DNA from: Chloroflexota bacterium
GTDB lineage: Bacteria > Chloroflexota > Chloroflexia > QHBQ01
DNA length: 24,575 nucleotides
Assembly (NCBI GenBank): GCA_043754535.1
Contig: JAYUUN010000111.1
Span: 62,001 to 86,575, forward strand
Direction: 5' to 3'
The notes below the pieces were generated by a model. That model saw only the letters and a list, made by a program, of their open reading frames with translations, was not told the origin of the DNA and searched no databases. Below are positions 16,569 through 24,575 of the stretch, piece by piece (the first letter of the stretch is position 1; every line of letters begins with the position of its first letter). The translations under genes and the position numbers were made by a program.

Positions 16569-17378
16569 GTGCGCGTACTAATGATTGGCGACGTGGTGGG
16601 TAGGTTGGGGCGGCAGACGGTCGGCCAGCTGCTGCCTGGCCTGCGGGCCGAGTTGAGCCTGGATATGGTGATCGCCAATGGCGAGAACGCCGCCGGTGGC
16701 TTCGGCCTCTCCCGCCAGACCGCAGAAGACCTGTTCGCGGCGGGCGTGGACGTGATCACCAGTGGCAACCACATCTGGGATCAGAAGGAGGCCTTCACCT
16801 ATGTGGCCGAGGATGTGCCAGTCTTGCGCCCCCACAACTACAGTGCAGGGCTGCCTGGGCGTGGCTATATCGTCCACCCGATCACACTGGCCGATGGTAG
16901 CAGCCAGCCGGTGGCAGTGCTGAACCTGCAAGGGCAGGTGTTCATGCCCCAGAACCTGCGTAGCCCCTTCGAGGCCGCCGACGAGGTGCTTGGCCCGCGC
17001 GCAGGGGCGGGGCCGCTGACAATACCTGTCTTTGTAGACTTTCATGCCGAGGCGACGGCAGAGAAGGCCGCCCTTGCCTGGTACCTGGCTGGACGAGTCA
17101 GCGCAGTAGTCGGCACCCATACGCACGTAGCGACCGCCGACCCTCGCCTGCTCCCACCCGGCTGCGCCTTCGTCAGCGACCTGGGCATGAGCGGCCCGCG
17201 AGACTCGATCATCGGGGCCAACATCGAAAACAGCATCCGCCAGATGCGCTTCCAGACCCCTGGCGGGCGCGGCATAGTGATTGAGGGGCCAGCGATCTTC
17301 AACGCAGTGCTGATTGAGACCGACCCGCAGAGCCATCGCGCCACCGCCATCCGGCGCGTAGACCGCTCAACCGAATAA
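16569..17378 (+). CDS. ymdB: YmdB / TIGR00282 metallophosphoesterase
   Basis: Motifs IGDVVG, IANGENAAGGFG, TSGNHIWD, VDFHAEATAEK, VVGTHTHV and SDLGMSGP. Canonical position after rny. GTG start at 16569. Confidence 0.93.
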   Translation: MRVLMIGDVVGRLGRQTVGQLLPGLRAELSLDMVIANGENAAGGFGLSRQTAEDLFAAGVDVITSGNHIWDQKEAFTYVAEDVPVLRPHNYSAGLPGRGYIVHPITLADGSSQPVAVLNLQGQVFMPQNLRSPFEAADEVLGPRAGAGPLTIPVFVDFHAEATAEKAALAWYLAGRVSAVVGTHTHVATADPRLLPPGCAFVSDLGMSGPRDSIIGANIENSIRQMRFQTPGGRGIVIEGPAIFNAVLIETDPQSHRATAIRRVDRSTE

Positions 17379-17407
17379 CCATCTTTCAGTACAGGAGAAG
17401 CCACGTC

Positions 17408-18148
17408 ATGGACAAGATGTTTCAAGACCTCGACCTCAGCCAAATCAAAGTGGGGGCCGGTTCCCGCTTCCCCGCCGAGGGTGGCGCGAACGCCGCTGCT
17501 GCCGAGCAGCCTACCACTGATGTTGACGAAGGCACCGCAGCCGCCACCATGCCCGACACGGAGACTGCAGGCAGGGAGGAGCAGGATAGCGACGAGCCAG
17601 CTAGCTACACCCCCCAGCCAGAGCGCAGCCAGCCCAACAGCTATGCCCCCCGCCCAGAGCGCAGCCAGCCTAGTAGCTACGCCGAGCAGCCAGAGCGCAG
17701 CCAGCCCAGCAGCTATGCCCCTCGCCCAGAGCGCAGCAATGCAGAGCGCAGCAAATATAGTCCGCCCCCCCGCCCCGAACGCAACGATACCCCTCGCCCA
17801 GAGCGTAGTACGGCAGAGCCGGGGGCCAGCGTCGCGGGCAATGAGGAGGGAGTGCTGAAGGTCTCCTCGCAGTCGCGCCACAGCGCAGTAGCCGGGGCCA
17901 TCGCCCGCGTCCTCCGCCAACAGGATAAGGCAGAAGTGCAGGCCATTGGCGCGGCAGCCTGCTACCAGGCGATCAAGGCGGTCGCTACTGCCCGCAACTA
18001 CCTGCTGCCAGAGGGGATCGACATCGCCTGCGTGCCGATGTTCACCGATGTGAACATTGGCGAACACGAGCGCACTGCCATCCGCTTCATCGTCACTCGC
18101 ACCCTGCTAGAGAGCAAGCCTGTCACCGCCGAACAGCCTCAGGATTAG
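17408..18148 (+). CDS. spoVS: SpoVS-domain protein with a long disordered, repetitive N-terminal extension
   Basis: The C-terminal VLKVSSQSRHSAVAGAIA...AEVQAIGAAACYQAIKAVATAR...ERTAIRFIV matches SpoVS, and the rny-ymdB-spoVS synteny fits. SD AGGAG precedes ATG 17408. Confidence 0.87.
   Translation: MDKMFQDLDLSQIKVGAGSRFPAEGGANAAAAEQPTTDVDEGTAAATMPDTETAGREEQDSDEPASYTPQPERSQPNSYAPRPERSQPSSYAEQPERSQPSSYAPRPERSNAERSKYSPPPRPERNDTPRPERSTAEPGASVAGNEEGVLKVSSQSRHSAVAGAIARVLRQQDKAEVQAIGAAACYQAIKAVATARNYLLPEGIDIACVPMFTDVNIGEHERTAIRFIVTRTLLESKPVTAEQPQD
17603..17737 (+). repeat. In-frame 36-bp tandem repeat (about 3.75 copies, SYxPxPERSQPx)
   Basis: Units start at 17603, 17639, 17675 and 17711. Degenerate PRPER copies continue to about 17807. 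Confidence 0.9.
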
Positions 18149-18220
18149 CGCACAACAGGAACCGACAAACAGGCCATATTCAGTTGTAACAAGTGGAAGG
18201 CTGCGTGCGTAGAATAAAGT

Positions 18221-19129
18221 ATGGACAACCAAAGTTTGACAAGCAACGAACGGCACGTGGGCGGCGTACCCAGCGCGGGGCGCAGCCAGGTTGACCTGCA
18301 CTGCCACAGCGTCGTCTCCGACGGTGCCTATAGTCCCAGCCAAGTAGTGGCAATGGCGGCCCAGGCGGGAGTGCTGCACCTCGCCCTTACCGATCACGAC
18401 AACCTGGATGGTGTAGCCGAGGCACAGGCAGCGGCAGCCCAGTACGGTATCGAGATCATCCCCGGTATCGAACTCAGTGCCGACGGCAGTGGGGGCCGCG
18501 AAGTTCACATCCTTGGCCTCTACCTGGACGTGACCAACCAGACCTTGCAGACCGAACTCGCTCGCCTACGCCGAGGCCGCGATGGTCGGGCGCAGGCGAT
18601 GGTTGAGAAGTTGGGCGAATTGGGGATGCCCCTTAGCTACGAGCGCGTCTTGGAGATCGCAGGCAGCGGCTCCGTCGGCAGGCCACACATTGCCCGTGCC
18701 ATGCTTGAGCGTGGCTACGTGCAGAGCAACAACGAAGCCTTCGACCGCTTCCTCGGCGACAACGGCCCGGCCCACGTGGAGCGCGCCAAACTCAGCCCCG
18801 AAGCCTCGGTCGCCCTGATCCACCAGGCTGGCGGGGTCGCTAGCTTCGCCCACCCCATCTACACCCCAGCCTTCGACCAGATGATCGACGAACTGGCAGC
18901 AGTCGGCCTTGATGCGGTTGAAGCCTACTACGGCAAGTACACCAGCGACGCGCACGACAACATCTTGCGCCTGACCCTCAAGAAGGGGCTGATCCCCACC
19001 GGCGGCAGCGACTTTCACGGCCAACCAACGATGAACGATACCCCTATCGGCGGCGTGTTCGTGCCACTGGAGACGATCACCCGTCTGCAAGCGCAGGCGG
19101 CTAAGTACCGCACTACGCTCACATCATAG
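18221..19129 (+). CDS. PHP-domain phosphoesterase (TrpH/YciV-like)
   Basis: Motifs DLHCHSVVSDG, LTDHD, PGIELS, VHILG, GRPHIA, FAHP and GGSDFHG. Confidence 0.9.
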   Translation: MDNQSLTSNERHVGGVPSAGRSQVDLHCHSVVSDGAYSPSQVVAMAAQAGVLHLALTDHDNLDGVAEAQAAAAQYGIEIIPGIELSADGSGGREVHILGLYLDVTNQTLQTELARLRRGRDGRAQAMVEKLGELGMPLSYERVLEIAGSGSVGRPHIARAMLERGYVQSNNEAFDRFLGDNGPAHVERAKLSPEASVALIHQAGGVASFAHPIYTPAFDQMIDELAAVGLDAVEAYYGKYTSDAHDNILRLTLKKGLIPTGGSDFHGQPTMNDTPIGGVFVPLETITRLQAQAAKYRTTLTS

Positions 19130-19142
19130 AAAGGAGCATTCT

Positions 19143-20024
19143 GTGACAGTTGACAACTTCAGGCAAGACGACCAGCCCGGTGCAACCAGTGGCGGCCAGA
19201 CGATCAGCAGTGGCGATCAAAAGTTCAGCTATGCCGCCAACGGCTACGGCGCGCCCGACGTGTCCAAGCCACCGGTTGAGTGGCAGGGCCAGGGTCTCAG
19301 CGGCATCAAGTACCAGATCATTGGCACCGTACTACAGGCGGTAACGATGGAGTTTACCCACCCCAGCCAGATCGTCTACTCGCACTCCGGCGGAATGTCG
19401 TGGATGAGCAGCGGTGTACAGATGAACACCAATACCGGTGGCGGCATCGGCAAGATGTTTGGCCGCATGATGAGCGGTAGCACCGCCTTCGTGGTAGATT
19501 TTCACTCGCCTGGTGAGCCAGGCACGATCTGCTTCACCTCCGACGCGCCCGGCAAGATCATCCCGATCCTGCTTGCCCAGGGCCAGAACATCATCATGCA
19601 GAAGGATGCTTTCCTCGCCGCCGAAAAGAGCGTGGAACTAGACATCTTCCTCAACCAGAAGCTGGGGGCGGGCTTCTTCGGCGGCGAAGGCTTCATCTTG
19701 CAGAAGTTCACCGGCCCCGGCCTCTGCTTCGCCCAGTTCGACGGTGAGATCATGGAGTACACCTTGCAGCCCGGCCAGCGGATGCTCGTCCACCCCGGCC
19801 ACGTTGGGATGTTCGAGCCAACCGTCAGCTTCGATATCCAGCGGGTCAAGGGGGTCACTAATATGCTGTTTGGCGGCGAAGGTATCTTCCTCAGCACGCT
19901 AACCGGCCCCGGTCGCGTCTGGTTGCAGACCATGCCGATGATGGTGCTGGCTGCGCGCATCGGCCACTACCTGCCGCACAACAGTGGCAGTGGCGGCGAG
20001 GGTTTTAACATCAAGCTCGGCTAA
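19143..20024 (+). CDS. AIM24 / TIGR00266 family protein
   Basis: Motifs QKDAFLAA, GFFGGEGFILQK, LFGGEGIF and LTGPGRVWLQTMP. SD AAGGAG. Confidence 0.88.
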   Translation: MTVDNFRQDDQPGATSGGQTISSGDQKFSYAANGYGAPDVSKPPVEWQGQGLSGIKYQIIGTVLQAVTMEFTHPSQIVYSHSGGMSWMSSGVQMNTNTGGGIGKMFGRMMSGSTAFVVDFHSPGEPGTICFTSDAPGKIIPILLAQGQNIIMQKDAFLAAEKSVELDIFLNQKLGAGFFGGEGFILQKFTGPGLCFAQFDGEIMEYTLQPGQRMLVHPGHVGMFEPTVSFDIQRVKGVTNMLFGGEGIFLSTLTGPGRVWLQTMPMMVLAARIGHYLPHNSGSGGEGFNIKLG

Positions 20025-20324
20025 CCGCATTCGCCATGCAATGCAGTGGGGCAGCTGGTAATGGCAACCCCCCAGCAACTCATAGCGACAAGCAGGGCAG
20101 CTTTGGGCTGCTCTGCTTTGGCCCAAGCCAGTAGCTGCGGCTGCTGCTCATCCCCACCAACCGCAAGCGCGAGCGTGTACTACGCCCCGCGCACTACCAC
20201 CTTCTCCCGCCCATGCTCCCTTCGCGGAGCGTTCAACTAACCGCAGCGACCGGGTGCAAACCTTATAGCCCCAGTCGCTGCGGCTGCATCATTGTTCCGG
20301 CATTGATTAGCCTGGAGGTTTGCT

Positions 20325-21401
20325 GTGAATATCGAGACTGTCCTCCGCATCGTGGGGGCCGGTGTTGGACTGGCACTGGGTTACATTGGCGCGCTCTACC
20401 TCTTTTTTGCTGCGCCAGCCGACCTCAAGCAGTTCTACGTTCTGGCCCTTGCGCTCCTCAGCGGCGTTGCCTTCCTACTCGGCACCCCGCTCTTTACCAC
20501 CGTCCCCTTCCGCGCCGTACTACACCGCCTCCAACAACTATCTACCGCCGACGTAGTAGCGGGGGCGATCGGCTTGCTGCTTGGCCTAATCGCAGCGGCT
20601 CTGCTCACCGTACCACTGCGCGAACTACCAGCCGTTGGCAACTTTGCTCCCGCCCTCGTCAGCTTCTTCTTCGCCTACGTTGGAGCGTGGATCATGATGC
20701 TGCGGAAGAAGGACATCGCCAACTACTTCGGTGCCTTCAACCGCCGCCCTGTCACTGCCGCCAATCCGATCCTTGCGGCTGAAGCAGCCGTCGCCATAGC
20801 CGTCGAGCGCGGCATACTGGTAGACACCAGCGCGATCATTGACGGGCGCATCGCTGACATTGCCCAGACAGGCTTCGTCGAGGGTACACTGCTCGTCCCC
20901 CGCTTCGTGCTGAACGAACTACAGCACATCGCAGACAACGCCGACGCACTACGCCGCGCAAGAGGCAGGCGCGGGCTGGAAATCCTCAATCGAATGCAGA
21001 AGGACAGTAGCGTGACGATCCAAATCTCCGACCTGGATGTGGAGAACACGCCAGAGGTGGACGGCAAGCTGATCAAGCTGGCCCGCCAGCACCGCTATGC
21101 GATCCTGACCAACGATTACAACATGAACCGCGTCGCCGAATTGCAAGGCGTGCGCGTGCTGAACATCAACTCGCTGGCGAACGCGCTCAAGCCGATGCTG
21201 CTCCCTGGTGAGACGATGGAGGCCCACGTGATCCAGGAGGGTAAGGAGATCAACCAGGGGGTGGCTTACCTTGACGACGGCACGATGGTGGTGGTGGAGA
21301 ACGGCAGGCAGCACATGAACCACACCGTCACCGTGCTAGTTACACGTGTGTTGCAGACAGCCCAGGGTCGGATGATCTTCGCCCAACTGATGCGGGATTA
21401 G
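20325..21401 (+). CDS. Membrane-anchored PIN/TRAM domain protein (YacL-like)
   Basis: Four N-terminal TM segments, PIN motifs LVDTSAIIDGRI, VLNELQ, RGRRGLEIL and LTNDYN, and a TRAM region GKEINQGVAYLDDGTMVVVE...QTAQGRMIFA. Confidence 0.92.
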   Translation: MNIETVLRIVGAGVGLALGYIGALYLFFAAPADLKQFYVLALALLSGVAFLLGTPLFTTVPFRAVLHRLQQLSTADVVAGAIGLLLGLIAAALLTVPLRELPAVGNFAPALVSFFFAYVGAWIMMLRKKDIANYFGAFNRRPVTAANPILAAEAAVAIAVERGILVDTSAIIDGRIADIAQTGFVEGTLLVPRFVLNELQHIADNADALRRARGRRGLEILNRMQKDSSVTIQISDLDVENTPEVDGKLIKLARQHRYAILTNDYNMNRVAELQGVRVLNINSLANALKPMLLPGETMEAHVIQEGKEINQGVAYLDDGTMVVVENGRQHMNHTVTVLVTRVLQTAQGRMIFAQLMRD

Positions 21402-21407
21402 CCAGCC

Positions 21408-21866
21408 ATGCGCCTAGTGATCCAGCGGGTACGCAGCGGTTCGGCGGCGGTGGCGGGCGTGGTCGTCGGCCAGATCGGGGGTGGCCTCGTCGTCCTGATC
21501 GGCATAACCCATGGCGACACGCCTGCCACTGCCGACCTGCTGGCGAACAAGCTAGTCAACCTGCGTATCTTCAACGATGCGGCAGGCAAGATGAACCGCT
21601 CGGCCCTCAATGTGGCCGCCGAGGTGCTGGTCATCTCTCAGTTCACGCTCTACGCCGATGCGCGCAAGGGGCGGCGGCCCAGCTTCGTGGATGCTGCCCC
21701 ACCAACCCTTGCCGCCTCACTCTACCAGGCGTTCGCCGCTGCCGTCGCCGCCAGCGGCCTACGGGTCGCCACTGGGCAGTTTCAGACCGAGATGTTGGTC
21801 GAAATCTGGAATGACGGCCCGGTGACAATCGTGCTGGATTCCGCCGACTTCGCAGGTAAGGATTAG
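21408..21866 (+). CDS. dtd: D-aminoacyl-tRNA deacylase
   Basis: Motifs MRLVIQRV, SQFTLYAD..KGRRPSF and NDGPVT (Gly-cisPro). Confidence 0.96.
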   Translation: MRLVIQRVRSGSAAVAGVVVGQIGGGLVVLIGITHGDTPATADLLANKLVNLRIFNDAAGKMNRSALNVAAEVLVISQFTLYADARKGRRPSFVDAAPPTLAASLYQAFAAAVAASGLRVATGQFQTEMLVEIWNDGPVTIVLDSADFAGKD

Positions 21867-22328
21867 ATGGACGAGACCCCAGCCAAGATTACCTGGCGCG
21901 CCCCCGTGCCAAAGACTGCCACCCGCACTGCCCTGCTGCTCGCTAGCTGCGGCCTCATCTTCGTCATCCTGCTGCTCACCTTCAAGCTGTTCCTGGCTGT
22001 GGTAGTGACAGCCACCTACGCCCTCTACCTGCTACCCCCCTACTTCATCGCGCTTAGTTTCGCGGTAGACAGCACTGGCGTGGGCTGGCGCAAGGGTCTG
22101 CAAAAAGGCAGCCGCCCCTGGGTCGCCTTCCGCCTCTACCGCCGCTACGCTGAAGGCCTGGAACTGAGTGCTTTTCCCCGCACGGCTGGCACACCGCCGC
22201 CACGCCTCAACCAGTACCGCGCCGTCTTCCTGCCCTTCGGCGAGAGTGATCCCGCCCACCTGGAAGCGATAGTCAGCCGCCACCTGCCACTCGAAAGCGC
22301 AACCACAGAGCGCGAAAACGCAGTTTAG
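21867..22328 (+). CDS. Hypothetical membrane protein (two TM segments + small soluble domain)
   Basis: The ATG directly follows the dtd stop codon. A hydrophobic hairpin at about residues 20-63 precedes a beta-rich tail. Confidence 0.65.
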   Translation: MDETPAKITWRAPVPKTATRTALLLASCGLIFVILLLTFKLFLAVVVTATYALYLLPPYFIALSFAVDSTGVGWRKGLQKGSRPWVAFRLYRRYAEGLELSAFPRTAGTPPPRLNQYRAVFLPFGESDPAHLEAIVSRHLPLESATTERENAV

Positions 22329-22371
22329 CCGCACTTTGCGCCCATTTTGGCAAATTGCAGCAGCGGGGTAC

Positions 22372-22400
22372 TTGACGTAACGTGGGAACGGTAATATACT
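22372..22400 (+). promoter_or_regulatory. Sigma70 promoter for the DUF6754 operon
   Basis: TTGACG (22372-22377), 17 nt, TATACT (22395-22400). Confidence 0.7.
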
Positions 22401-22451
22401 ATAGCAAGGGCTAGCGGTATGCTGCCCCCAAACTGGCTATGGTGGCTATAA

Positions 22452-22739
22452 ATGGACAAGCCGATTGACGACATCCAGGTTGCTGACCAGGCGGTGGAGA
22501 CGATCCGCCGCTGGGGCCTGCGCGACCCTGCCCTGATCAGCCTGGAAGTGGGCAAGCCAGTGGCCTTCCTCGGCGCGCAGATGCTCTACATTGCCAGCCC
22601 TCTCCTACACCTGTTCGACAGGGTGAGTGGGCGCAAGGTTGCGCCGCAAGCGGAGGCGGTCGCCCGCCTGTTGGAGAACCCCGCCGCTACCGCCTACCTC
22701 GGTGACCGCCTTAGCGAGCCAGAAGGAGAGCCACGATGA
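22452..22739 (+). CDS. Hypothetical 95-aa protein
   Basis: Follows the promoter and overlaps the next gene by ATGA. Core sequence LEVGKPVAFLGAQMLYIASPLL. Confidence 0.7.
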   Translation: MDKPIDDIQVADQAVETIRRWGLRDPALISLEVGKPVAFLGAQMLYIASPLLHLFDRVSGRKVAPQAEAVARLLENPAATAYLGDRLSEPEGEPR

Positions 22740-23542
22740 ACCCAGCCTTCAGCGAGAAGATGGTAGTTGCCGCCCTTGCCCTGCTAGTCGTCTACCTTCT
22801 CATCTACCTCTACCTGCTGGCCGCTAGCCGCCGCCGCTCTGCCCTACCACCCCTGCGCGCGATTGCTGCCTACACCCGGCTGGACAATGCGGTGGCAAGG
22901 GCAGCAGAGCTGGGCAAAGGCATCCACATCAGCCCTGGCGCAGGTGGCATCGAGAGTGGTAGCCACCCGGCAGAGACGCTGGCAGGCCTGACCGCGATGG
23001 AACACGTCGCCCGCCAAACCGCCCTTAGCGGGGCCAACCTGATCGCCACTGCTGGCGAAGGGGCTACCTACACCCTGGCCGACAACGTGGTGGCGCGCGG
23101 CTATGCGGCGGTTGGTCGCTCGGCAGATTACCAGCCGACTACTACCCGCTTCGTCAGCCAGAGCCAGAGCAACACGCTACCCTACAGCGTCGGGGCCGCA
23201 GACGTGATCGAGCATGAGGGAGTGGAGGCCAGCGTGACCATTGGCGCGTTCGGCCCCGACTACCTGCTAGTGGGCGAGGCAGGCCACCGCCAGGGGGTGG
23301 AGCAGGTGGTGGGGGCAACCAACCCCCAAGCCCTGACCACGATGGTGCTGGCGAACCCGCTCGGCCAGGTGTTGATCGGTGAGGAGATTTTTGCTGCTGG
23401 TGCCTACCTGCAAGGGCGCACCAGCCACCGCGCCAGCCTGGTCGCGCAGGACGCAATCCGCATCCTGCTGATCCTGCTGATCATCGGCGGGGCGGTGTTG
23501 GCAACGGTCAGCCCGCAACTGCTCCAGGACTTGTTGAAGTGA
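22736..23542 (+). CDS. DUF6754-like membrane protein
   Basis: N- and C-terminal TM helices around LRAIAA...AVARAAELGKGIHISPG, YLLVGEAG, LIGEEIFAAGAYL and ASLVAQDAIR. Family recognised from memory. Confidence 0.7.
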   Translation: MNPAFSEKMVVAALALLVVYLLIYLYLLAASRRRSALPPLRAIAAYTRLDNAVARAAELGKGIHISPGAGGIESGSHPAETLAGLTAMEHVARQTALSGANLIATAGEGATYTLADNVVARGYAAVGRSADYQPTTTRFVSQSQSNTLPYSVGAADVIEHEGVEASVTIGAFGPDYLLVGEAGHRQGVEQVVGATNPQALTTMVLANPLGQVLIGEEIFAAGAYLQGRTSHRASLVAQDAIRILLILLIIGGAVLATVSPQLLQDLLK

Positions 23543-23558
23543 CGCGTGAGGGAGAGCC

Positions 23559-24389
23559 ATGCTGAGACGCAATGCCGGTCGCAAAGACAGCCCCAAGCCA
23601 GACACACCAGCAGCTACCCCCCTTGCTACTGGGCCAGAGACTACCCCAGCCAAAGTAGCGCGAGTAGCCAGGGTGCGCGGCGGAGGGGCGACCTCCCCCA
23701 GGCCAACAGCGGCTCCGCCTGGAGCGCGCCTGCCAGCCCCCTTTGCTACCCTGGTGGTGGTGGTTAGCGGCATAATCGCCCTGGTCAGCTACTTCGTGCG
23801 TGGCAGCTTCAACGTCGGCAGCGTGACGGTCAACGTCGGCGGGCTAGGCGACCTGCTGATCGGGCTGGTTAGCCTGCTACTCGCCTTCGCCCTGTTCGTC
23901 GGCCTCGCCAATCTGCTGCGCGTCCACCTGCGGCGCGTCGGCAAGCGAGAGAGTGGCTGGCCCTACAGCCTCGTGCTGCTCGGCAGCGCACTGGCTACCA
24001 TCATTGCCGGGGTAGTGGGCAGTGTAAGCAGCAACAAGAGTGGCCTCAGCGGTGACACGGCCAGCTGGATTTTCCAGAACATCTACCAACCTTTGGGTAG
24101 CACCTTCTACAGCCTGCTGGCCTTCTTCATCGCTACCGCTGCCTTCCGGGCCTTGCGCGCCCACACCGTAGAGGTTGGCATCATGGCAGTGGTTGCCCTG
24201 ATCGTGGTGGCAGGACTGGCCCCGATTAGCCAGTTGCCAGAACTAAAGAGCGTGGCTGACCTGGGCAACTGGGTTCTCAACTATCCAGCGCAAGCAGGCG
24301 TGCGCGGGATCGCAATCGGTGCGTCGCTGGGGGTAATCGCCACCAGTTTGCGCGTGCTGCTCGGCATTGATCGGCAGTACCTCGGCTAG
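23559..24389 (+). CDS. Polytopic membrane protein associated with DUF6754
   Basis: Pro/Ala/Thr-rich N-terminus and about 6 TM segments, with PLGSTFYSLLAFFIATAAFRALR and C-terminal PAQAGVRGIAIGASLGVIATSLRVLLGIDRQYLG. Confidence 0.75.
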   Translation: MLRRNAGRKDSPKPDTPAATPLATGPETTPAKVARVARVRGGGATSPRPTAAPPGARLPAPFATLVVVVSGIIALVSYFVRGSFNVGSVTVNVGGLGDLLIGLVSLLLAFALFVGLANLLRVHLRRVGKRESGWPYSLVLLGSALATIIAGVVGSVSSNKSGLSGDTASWIFQNIYQPLGSTFYSLLAFFIATAAFRALRAHTVEVGIMAVVALIVVAGLAPISQLPELKSVADLGNWVLNYPAQAGVRGIAIGASLGVIATSLRVLLGIDRQYLG

Positions 24390-24401
24390 GCGGAGAGTAT
24401 A

Positions 24402-24575
24402 ATGGCTGACGAAATGGACATCATCGTACCAATCCGTTGCCCCAACTGCGACGGTCTCAACCCACCTGACAGCAAGCGTTGCCAGTTCTGTGGGCAGTCG
24501 TTGGTTGGCGCGAAGCCGACGGCCATTGCGCCGCCCAGTGGAGAGCTACGTAGCCCAGCGGCTCCGCCCACCCCA
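24402..24575 (+). CDS. Zinc-ribbon protein, N-terminal part only (runs off the window)
   Basis: Not in the ORF track. After GGAG, ATG 24402 gives MADEMDIIVPIRCPNCDGLNPPDSKRCQFCGQSL... (CxxC-x10-CxxC), then a Pro-rich linker. Confidence 0.75.
   Translation, partial: MADEMDIIVPIRCPNCDGLNPPDSKRCQFCGQSLVGAKPTAIAPPSGELRSPAAPPTP

Noticed and set aside
17408..18148. Evidence of endospore formation from spoVS
   Set aside because: SpoVS occurs in many non-sporulating bacteria, and no other sporulation genes are present here.
20325..21401. PIN (or GNAT at 13554-14402) toxin-antitoxin or defence module
   Set aside because: The PIN protein is the membrane-bound YacL type with a TRAM domain, and neither gene has an adjacent small antitoxin gene.

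Overview
GC-rich bacterial chromosomal segment, most likely Chloroflexota (inferred from gene content). About 24 CDS; no rRNA, tRNA, CRISPR array or mobile element is recognisable. Left part: GT-C-type membrane glycosyltransferase (partial), GH57/DUF3536 enzyme, mobA, ATP-dependent DNA ligase, a cyanophycin-synthetase-like protein lacking its ATP-grasp domain, DUF554, SWIM, HEAT-repeat and SRPBCC proteins. At 10.0-11.05 kb there are six parS palindromes spaced about 40 bp apart, flanking a SAM methyltransferase gene; + strand G/C skew appears to flip near here. Right part, all on the + strand: membrane-anchored GH-A glycoside hydrolase, rpe, GNAT, rny-ymdB-spoVS(extended)-PHP-AIM24, PIN/TRAM-dtd, and a DUF6754 membrane-protein operon running off the end. 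Best leads: the N+M-only CphA homologue, the periodic parS array with the skew switch, the DUF6754 operon, structured leaders before rny and the SWIM gene, and SpoVS with a repetitive disordered extension. All family calls come from motif recognition by eye, not database searches.
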